Shown: positions 42,051-64,000 of the stretch, in pieces | Numbering within the stretch: position 1 is the stretch's first letter | Layout of the letters: the number at the start of each line of letters is the position of its first letter | From: the human T2T-CHM13v2.0 reference genome, Homo sapiens | DNA: 64,000 nucleotides | Assembly: GCF_009914755.1 (NCBI RefSeq) | Contig: NC_060925.1 | Direction: 5' to 3' (one strand) | Notes under the pieces: model-generated | Database searches by the model: none | What the model was told of the DNA's origin: nothing | What the model saw: only the letters and a program-made list of their open reading frames with translations | Translations under genes and position numbers: made by a program

Positions 42051-44573
42051 AGAAATCCTTTCTGATCGGTCTCTGTGGAAGATGGGGAGAAATATGATTT
42101 AACAGCCTATTACTCCCCCCCCACACCCCCGCATATCCCCCCACTCCTGTCTCCAACCCTTTTTTTTTTTTTTTCGTGATTCTGCCCGAGGTGGGATGCT
42201 GGGGGTTGAGCAACTAGGGCTGGAAGTTTACGAAGTTTACGTAGTTTAAGTGAGTGAAGAATGTAGTCACCTCTTGAGAACTCCCTTTGCCTATATGCTT
42301 TTGAAAACGCCAAACCATTCCAGCTGTTTGTAAATTGTGAAACGTTCTACAAATGCATTAGCATTGGCATTTATAAAGAAAATGACGAAGTTGAGAGGTT
42401 ATAGTTGGTTACTGCAGTGACTTAGAGATGCTCATTTTATAGTTATTAAAGCACAACGTGAACCAAGTTGGCAGAGAGATAACAAGGTAAAAATAGCATA
42501 AGGATATGTCCTAACAAAATGTCCTTGGTGAAGACACAGGTAGAGAAAAGAAGCCATAATAAAGAAATTAGTTCCCTGACCAAAACAACGGGAATATCAT
42601 TCATCGTTAAATTTTGTTAATGAATTCATGTAGCAGCGGCCCATTGGCCTTCGAGTCACAACATAACTATGTCTTAGGTAATGTGATTAAATAAACTTAA
42701 GTATTTATACTTAAGTTCATATCTTAGTCACACGTTATTTATATCTTAGTCACACGTTATTGAGTGGACCACATAATTTCCCCCGCTAAACATTATCCTT
42801 TACAGGTTAAACTGCTGCAGTTAGAAAACTTTGTCTCAAATTCTTTTGAGTTTGGGGTATTGTTAAGAAAAAATGCATAATTAATCAAATGAGAGAAAGG
42901 TTTTTTGGGGGGAGGTATAATTTGTATAAGTAAACTTTGATTAACCAATGTAGCTGTTTAAGTTTCTTCTTCCTTACAATTAACACCGTATTTTTGCAGA
43001 TATTTTATATTTTGACTAATGCTTCTGAGGAACAATTTAAAGAAAAATGCATGCAATTATGTAGTTTATCTGCAATTCCCTTAAAGAATTCTAAGCTAAA
43101 ACCACAACAAAATTATTTTAAATCCAGTTTTCCTCATCATAGTTACAATGTAATCCAGTTTTAATAAAAGATTCATATTTTAAAATCCATTTTCAATTGA
43201 AATGTAATGAATAGCAATTGTTCCTGCTCACCTTAAAATGGAATTTGTGCTATTTTTGAAAATTTGACATGTAAGGCTGATCATTGTCAAAATGTATGTC
43301 ATCTTGAGATGACTATATTTAGCATCAACAAAGGAATGCATTATCTAGGTTTTTGAACAGTCTTTTTCCCCTGAAATTTCACTTGAAGTATTTAGGTTAG
43401 GGTTTCATTTTTGAGCAGAATAAAAACTAAATATGCATATTTGGAAGACATTAATTGGGGATTCAGATTGCTTAGAATCTGAGCGGCCTATAATGACATA
43501 CTTCATTTATTAAAAAAAATACCTGTTATCTTTGAAATACCCTAAAAGACAAAAAAAAGGGGGATTATTTAAATATGAGAGTTGTGCACACCTAAAAGAA
43601 AGAAAATAATGCAGTGAATGTGGAAAAGTATGTAACAGACAGGTAAAAGTCTAAACGTTTTTATAGAAGAGAGGACTGTTATTTTATAGTTATGTAGGCC
43701 ACACACACACAGAACATCTTGGTAGTTTATAATTTGGAGAGAAAATGATTTATAACATTCTTAACAATTTCACATATTTCTGTTCTTATTTAATCAATCT
43801 GTGGTCCATATCACCTGTGTAGTTTCTTTCATGTTCTCTTTCTGGGTTTATAATTGCATAGTTACATATTATATACATTTGAAATGGCTACATTTTCCTT
43901 TATTATTTAAATATTCAGTGTATAGTTTGGCTTAATTTATAGTAGTTTACTTTCTATACTCCAGGGTGGGTGGATTTGTACCCAGAAATCCACCTTAAAT
44001 TTTAGTTTAATTTGTATTATAATGTTAATACACCATGTTATATTTATGGTTAAAAATTATGGAGAATGGAAAAAGGGGCTCTTGTAATCTGACACTCTTA
44101 CTGTTAGGATTTTGATGTATTTCCTTTAAGTCTTTTTCCCATGCATAGAACTCTTTCTTTTTGCATTGACATATCTCAATAAAACAACATGTGAAAGCAT
44201 CCCATGCAGTGTCTGCCATCCAGTAAGTGCTCAACAGGTGATTCTTTTTCTTCCTCCTTTATTTCCTTCTTGACATCTCTTCCTTTTTACTCTTAGATTA
44301 GAAGACAAGCAGATTGGGGCTCCCTATATGAGGTTTCAAGGTTGGTGAAATTCACTTCTCACCGTCCATCCTGGGCCTCTTCCCTGTCTTTTCTTCCCCT
44401 TCACTCTTTCTGGCCAAAATAGGCCTCCCCTTTGACCCTTTCCATTTTGTCAGTGTTGTCTATTCATTTAGACTAAGGCTATGGCAGTCAAAAAGTCGAC
44501 AGTCAAAAAGACACCTTTTACTTCCTGATTACCAAGTGTGGAAAAAAAGTAAAAAAAAAAAAAAAAAAAATCA

Positions 44574-44895
<322 letters not shown>

Positions 44896-44919
44896 ACACT
44901 TTTAGCCACAGACATACTT

Positions 44920-45360
44920 AAAAATTGGTACATTTTACATTAAAATATCGATTTACGTCCTCTCTTAAAAATTGGAAAATCTGGGCAAAATCTGGGTTCA
45001 CTTTTTTAAAGAAATTATTTTTATTTCAGTAGCTTTAGGGGTACCAAGTGGTTTTTGGTTACATGGATGAATTGTAAAATGGTGAAGTCTGTCTGGGTTT
45101 TTAGTGTACCTGTCACCCAAATAGTGTACATTGTACCCAAAGGTTAACATTTTTGCACAGGAACAATATACTGGAACTAAATAGTGGCTGCCCCACAGAC
45201 AGGCAGGTCACATGCTCTGCATTTGACATAGTCTCTGAGATTCCCTATTGTTTTAAACAAGTCATACACTCATTTACATTACCTGTCAATTATATTACAT
45301 AACATTACCTTACATTACATTTACATTACCTGACCCTGAATACTTGAGTATGCAGTCCCC
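44920..45360. mobile_element. Old MER-type DNA element containing a short antisense L1 3'-end fragment (~45002-45142)
   Basis: L1PB/MA-type 3' UTR text (GGTTACATGGATGAATTG...GTGTACATTGTACCCAA); flanks resemble hAT MER sequence. Confidence 0.5.
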
Positions 45361-45667
45361 GATCTAAGTATTAGGGCAAGTATATCTGATGCATCATATG
45401 ATGGAAAGTCTGCTGTACTTAGCAACAGGAACTGGGACTTTAAACATTGTAGATATATTTTGGTTAGCAAACCTCTTAAATAATGTGATCATGGGAGTGG
45501 GAGAAGAGATTAGCATTCATTGACACTAATTGTTAGTGTCGATTAGAGCTGGAAGGGACCATATATTGCTAACCAAAACAAATAAAATACTTTCCCTGGT
45601 GGGATTTTAGAAAGCATGGGGAAGATATTTCTGCTAAGGAAGTATTTCCTAGGATCTTGTAAATAAT

Positions 45668-48145
<2,478 letters not shown>

Positions 48146-48380
48146 CCTATAGTGTAATTTTTAAAGTATAAGGTTGCAACCTTCATTAATTAAATGCAAT
48201 AAAGTTACATTATACCTAAGTTTATGTTTCCTGTACAAGTGAAAAATGATAAAAATTTAGGCTCATATTTTATGAAGCTCAAAACAATTTTGTTGCTTGT
48301 TCCAAAGACTGTAAGAATTAGGTTTCAACATTTACTTGTAGCATATAGTTAAGTATTACGTTTAAAATCTTCTTAAAAGT

Positions 48381-49590
<1,210 letters not shown>

Positions 49591-49593
49591 TTT

Positions 49594-52520
<2,927 letters not shown>

Positions 52521-53540
52521 TTTAATCAAGACAGGGACTTTGACTTTTTGTTCCCTTTCATCTCCCCAAGCTTAGGATAGCGCCTGACACAAAGTAGGAG
52601 CGTAAGAAATATTTGTTAAATAAATAATGAGTCACCATGTCCTGTCAATTCCACTTCCAAAATGTCTCTTCCAGCTTTTCATTCCTAATGCTAATGTCCT
52701 AATTCAGGCCCTTATCTTCTCTTACCAAGGTCATTGTACTTGTCCTCCTTCCACTAGTCTTTCCCCATTAAACTCCATTCTCTACATTGCTATGAGTTTC
52801 TTTTTCTTTTCTTTCTAGGATACATCTTTCAGTCATGCTCGTTTGCTGGCTCTCTATTGCCTATAGTATTATTAGGTAATATCTGAACTTTTTATTAATA
52901 TGGTGCACAGTATTCATTCTAGTCTGTGCCCAGCCTGTCCTTCTAGTTTTGCCATAGACTGACTGGACAATTTTATAGCTCCCCAGATTTGCAATGGGTC
53001 ACCAGGCATTGGTATTTTTGTTCATTCTGGTTCTTTTTCCTGGATGCCTTTACAATCTTTTCCACTTTGTGAAATTCTACTTATCTGTCAAGGTCTAACT
53101 CAAATGTCATTGTCTCCGTGAAACCTTCTTTAACCCAGCCTCTTCCTTAACCATACCATAGTCTTTTCCATGTTTCTATAGCCTGGTTATAATACTGGTA
53201 TTATAGCATTTACTACATCATATAATAATTAGTACATCTATTTCTGTCACCAAAGCTATTTGATTCACAAGGGCTAGCTCTTATTTGTTTCGTATCCCAT
53301 TGCCAGGCATACTTTTTGGCATACAGCAGATTCTCCTTTTCACAAAAATAATGTATTGTAAATACAGACCTCATCTGTCAAATTTGAAAAAATGCAGCTT
53401 TTTTGATAAATTGTGTATGGGTTATACTAATATTGCAATATTACCTCTGAAACCTGCGGTGGATACATATTCGTCTTCATTTAACATGAATGCTTAATGT
53501 GTTAGAATGCCATTACTAAATCTCTTTATCATCCCAGCCT

Positions 53541-54466
53541 TCTCTATTATGACCAAACTCTTAGAACCACCTGTTCCATCTTATCTTTTGATCACTGGTT
53601 TCTTTCTAATCGTATTCTTGATAACGATTCAATTGACTTGCCTGGGATTTTAGATACATAGGTGTAATGGAGCTGAATTGTTGGGTTGCTGCTGCCCCTT
53701 TAAGGTGGCCAAGGACATTGCATCTGCCTACTCAAACAAGAAAAATCACTTAACGCTAGAAGAAGAAAAGCCTGTTAAGATTCCAGATACAAAGTCTCTT
53801 GGCATTCAGGTCACTGAGTATAGGAATTAAGTTGTTAAGCCAATCTCCATTTAGCATTCTAAAATACATTTCTAGAATGAGAACTTGATATGACTCAATT
53901 AGGATGTTTTTCCTGTAACTCAGCAAATCTCAAAATGTGGTCTTAGAACCCCTGGGAGTCCTCAGTACCATTTAGGGGTCCATAAAGTCCTTCCTTTTCC
54001 AACTACATATTAGTATAAGGTCATGTTTTCTTAGAGACTTCAATCAAAACAACATCACCGTAGTTTGAATGCAGAAGCAGATATGAGAATGTATTTTTCC
54101 TCTATTAAGCCAGATACCAGAGATTAGCAAAAATGTAAAATTATTTTCCTCTTCTTACTAATTATTTTTATGTTTATAAATAATGGTTTGTTATTGTTAC
54201 TTTAAATGACTTTATAAGTACATATTAGAATATTTTGTTTTAATTTCTAATATATTAAAGACCTATTGTTATTATCCATATAAACAAAACCTCTATTATA
54301 ACCAAACTCTTAGAACCACATGTTCAACCTTATCTTTTGGTCACTGTTTTCTCTCTCATCTTATTCTTCATAAGAATTCAATGGACTTGCCGGGGATCTT
54401 AGATACTTACAAGGTGCAATGGAGCCGAATTGTTGTGTTGTGGCTGCCCCTTTAAGGTGGCCAAGA
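53541..54466 (+). repeat. Dispersed direct repeat of ~175 bp (53541-53713 and 54291-54466)
   Basis: CTCTATTAT.ACCAAACTCTTAGAACCAC...GCTGCCCCTTTAAGGTGGCCAAG is present twice. Confidence 0.95.
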
Positions 54467-54535
54467 ACCACCTTAGGATCCTCAATAATGGGCCCAGACT
54501 TTAGGTCCTGAGCCCCAAAAGTTTGAGACCCACTT
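53920..54535. mobile_element. hAT-Charlie family DNA transposon remnant
   Basis: CTCAAAATGTGGTC start; TGAATGCAGAAGCAGATATGAGAAT..TCTATTAAGCCAGA internal motif; AAAAGTTTGAGACCCACT end. Confidence 0.75.
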
Positions 54536-56524
54536 TATAATACATAGCCTTTCTTTTTGTGGGGGGATTTTCTTTAACATCACAGATCTTATTATTTTAT
54601 TTAGAGATGGTGTCTCACTATGTTGCCCAAACCAGATTCAAACTCCTGGGATCAAACGATCTTTCTACCTCAGTCCTCGCTAACTAAGCTGGGACTACAG
54701 GAATGCACCCAGCTAAAGCTAATTTTTATGTGTGTTTACACACTTTCAGATGTTACCTAAATAAAGCCTTTTCTAATCTAAAAATGTAAGCCTTATTATA
54801 TTTTTGATAGTTATATTTTATCTCATCTAGACCATAAACTCCATAACAGATATTTTATCCTATTCGTTATTATTTATGTAGTAGCCTATATACTGTACCT
54901 AGCACATTATAGAAAAATGTTCAATAAATGTTTCTTGAAAAAACATCAATGTTCACTAATTTATCTTTTTCTGTTTATTCTTAGTTCTGTCATACTCATC
55001 ACTCTAAATTTATAAAGCATATGAAAATCACCTAGTTTATGGTACACAATAGGTATTCAATTTGTTATTTTCTCCTCCTTTATTTGGTTTAGAGGTTTCA
55101 GAACTTTCCTTTAACGTACTGCAGTTTTAAAAAAATCCTTAAATTTTATTTGTACATGTAACTTTTCATTACTTTATTAATGACTTCATCAAATGAAAGT
55201 TTACCAATTTTCTTTGAGTGGTTAAAGTTTTCCCAAAAGAGAATAAAAGGCAAGAATTATAGGTTTTGATTCTGTTCATAATTCTGAGAGGATAGGAGGA
55301 TGTACTACATAGAGCCTAGGATATGGTGAGTACAGGTAGAATATTATTTAAAACATCTATAAAGATGTGTTATGCTGAAATAGGTGTTGCACAAAATAAA
55401 TGAAACAGACTTTGTATTGCCTAATACAGTGGAAAAAGCTGATAATTGTTGAAGCTTGATATGGGTGTATGGGGGTTCATTGTATTAGTCTCTTTCAGTT
55501 TGTATGCCTGAAATTTTCCATAATAAAAAAGTAAACAAAAAAGATAGATTAGACTGATATGTCTGAGATGTTTACCAATATAAAAATGTTTAAAGTTTAT
55601 GCCAGATACACCTAGAAATCTAAGCATATTTAGAGGTCTCAGAGACTGAAGGAGAAAAAACAACCATGTTTAAGATGAAGTGGAGAAAAATCACCATTTC
55701 CATTATAATTAGTTTGGGAAAATACCTCCTTGGTAAAGAAGTGACTTAAGAAAGGTCTTGGAGGTAGAAAAAGGCTACTAAATAGATTTGTCTAGCTGGA
55801 AGGTTGAAAAAATGGAGAGAAGACAAAGGAAACTGAAGAGTCTGAGGGTCTGCAGAAGGCCTGTCAAGCCCAGGTGAGAATTTTAGTTCTGATCCATGAT
55901 GCACTACACAGTTAACATCCTCAGAGTTAGAGTGATACACTAGAGCACAGAGAGGTAGAGATGGCAGTAGTTGAGTAGAGAACCTAGTGGGCCTGGTTGA
56001 GGGCAGAAAGAATGGTGGGCTGTTATCCTATCATAAGAAATGAAAAAAAAAAAAGAGAGAAATCAGAACAATCATGGCTAGAAGTTCTTCTGGAACTTTT
56101 AAAACCTATTTTTTTTACCAATAATGTATACTTAAATTATTATTCTATTCTAATACAATATGTATCAGTTAAGAGTTCTGAAGAAACTACATTAAAGTAG
56201 CTGCCCTATAGCAACTGAAGTTAACTATGTCATTACACTTGGATTCCGGCACCTATTGAAAAGATTGAATAATTTGAAAATGTTTATCAGGATTCCGAAG
56301 AAAAGAAAACCAGTAAAGTGAATACTTTGAATTTTATAGCTTCTCATTTTGTAAGTTTATTAATGAAAATTATAGTGATACATATGAAGACTAAATAGAA
56401 ATAATTTCTGGCAAGCATAATTATATGAAATTGAAGGAGCAGCTGGGGCCTTTTGCTAAATAAAGCAGCAAAATTAAGTTTATAGACTGGTAACTGAAAT
56501 GTTGACTATTAATATATATAAGCA

Positions 56525-59765
<3,241 letters not shown>

Positions 59766-60762
59766 GGGAAATGATTTGGAGAGAAGGTTTGATAATAGTA
59801 TTTACCTTGAAGTGTTGTTGTAGGAAATAAATGACAATGCTTGTTAACTACTTGGCACATTACCAGGCACACGGTAAAGACTTAACAAATGTTAACTTGG
59901 ATTATCTTCATCATTAATTTTATTCATGTTTTGTGACTAAAGGATGTATTAGTGAAATAGTGGGTTTAGATAGGATAATACAGTTAATGACTAGGGAACA
60001 GAGTTTTCCTGTGAAGTTAATAGGCCAAACAGAGTCAAATTCACACCTTTATCCTTGTGTTAACACAGATAGGTAAATGAGTTAGCAACTGAAATGCACT
60101 GTTGTTTCTACCAAGGCAGTGTCATACTTCCCTTTTAATTAACAATAAAGGAATCTTATATGTATTTACAGTGTCTACGTAATTATGAAGTTTTTTCTCC
60201 AACATAAAAATATTTAAGAGATGTGAGTTCTATTGGTTTGTAATTTGCACCTTAAGTGCAATTCCATAACACAAAAAGGTCATGAACTTATTTTGCTACA
60301 ACTTTTTATCCTCAAAAGGCAGAACAGAGCAAACTTTGAGTAAAGGATCACTTGCTTATATTTTAACCAAAAAAGTTAAGGCTAGTGCTGTTCAAATTTT
60401 CACTGAGTTTTAAAATGAGAGCTCAGAATACTAAAATGACATTTTAAAAAACGATTTTAAGTGGTTTTATTCATAGTAAATTTTTAAAATCAATTTTATT
60501 TTATTCTAAATCTATAATTAAGTCAAGATATAATTTGAGGATTTTTTACAAATTAAATGAAGAGGTCTAGCTGATTCATTTATTTTCTAGGACTATTCTT
60601 GACAGATTAATTATTCACTGTCAGTAAGCCACCCAATTTTCTTTCATTTCACACACACACAAAAAAAGCCTTTTGAAGTCCCTTCTGGCCAATTAATTGA
60701 CCTAAAATTATCAGTTCTTATGATCCCATGATTCCAAGTTTTCCTCATACCCTTTAGTATTA

Positions 60763-62270
<1,508 letters not shown>

Positions 62271-62559
62271 ATCTAACAGGTAACTTTAGATATGATATAA
62301 TGGCTCAAGTAAGACAACAGGACTAGTGCTATTTATTATTTTTATCTCAGGCACATAAAATTAGGTTACTCATAAACCTTAGTTCATGACACACTCATGT
62401 ATAGATGGATTCCTTTAATTTACTCCTTTATTTTTAATAATGTCATAAGCACCGACAGACCCACTAAACAAGAAAAGTTAGGATCTTATTAATAATTACA
62501 GGGAATCATGTCCCATCCTCTCCCCCATTATATTGTCTCCTTCCCATAAAGAAAACTTC

Positions 62560-63650
<1,091 letters not shown>

Positions 63651-63654
63651 TTTA

Positions 63655-63960
63655 ATTTTAATTTTTTTTCTTTTAGAAATAGGGACTCACTCTGTCACCC
63701 AGGCTGGAGTATGGTGATATGATCATAGCTTACAGTAACTTTGAGTTCCTGGGCTCAAGAGATCCTCCTGCCTCTGTTTCCCAAGTGGCCAAAACTACAG
63801 ACACACACCACCAGGCCTGGCTAATTTTTAAATTTTTTGTAGAGATGGGGTCTACTATGTTGCCCAGGTTGTTCTTGAACTCCTGGCCTCAAGCAACCCC
63901 CCTGCCTCAGCCTTCCAAAGTGTTGGTTTGGATTAAAGGAATGAGATACAGCGCCTGGCC
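63655..63960 (-). mobile_element. Antisense AluJ
   Basis: Reverse Alu consensus. Confidence 0.88.
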
Positions 63961-64000
63961 CCAAAATTATACTTCTGTATGCAGGTTGAATATCCCTAAT

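Noticed and set aside
43231-43241. CCTTAAAATGG as a CArG box
   Set aside because: Seven A/T bases between CC and GG; does not fit CC(A/T)6GG.

Overview
Human (primate) genomic DNA, very Alu-dense. From the translated exons I recognise it as the MIGA1 (FAM73A)-NEXN region; locus and gene names come from recalled protein and locus knowledge, not a database search. On the + strand it holds: a processed NSRP1 pseudogene and a processed HSPE1 pseudogene (split by an Alu and cut off by an L1PB), both inside a long MIGA1 intron; the last eight coding exons of MIGA1 (11754-27890), which splice into one open frame, and a ~4.5 kb 3' UTR; a full-length antisense SVA with a 12-bp TSD; and a CpG island with the NEXN promoter and non-coding exon 1, probably overlapped by antisense lncRNA NEXN-AS1. 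The rest is NEXN intron 1, with a 5'-truncated L1PA. Most ORF-track entries are Alu, L1, SVA or GC artefacts. I found no convincing new biological system. The best unexplained or unusual signals are a ~175-bp local sequence copied into a hAT transposon, a CAGCAG tandem acceptor, a 306-bp tandem Alu duplication, serial Alu insertions at one target site, and nested insertions that can be ordered in time.
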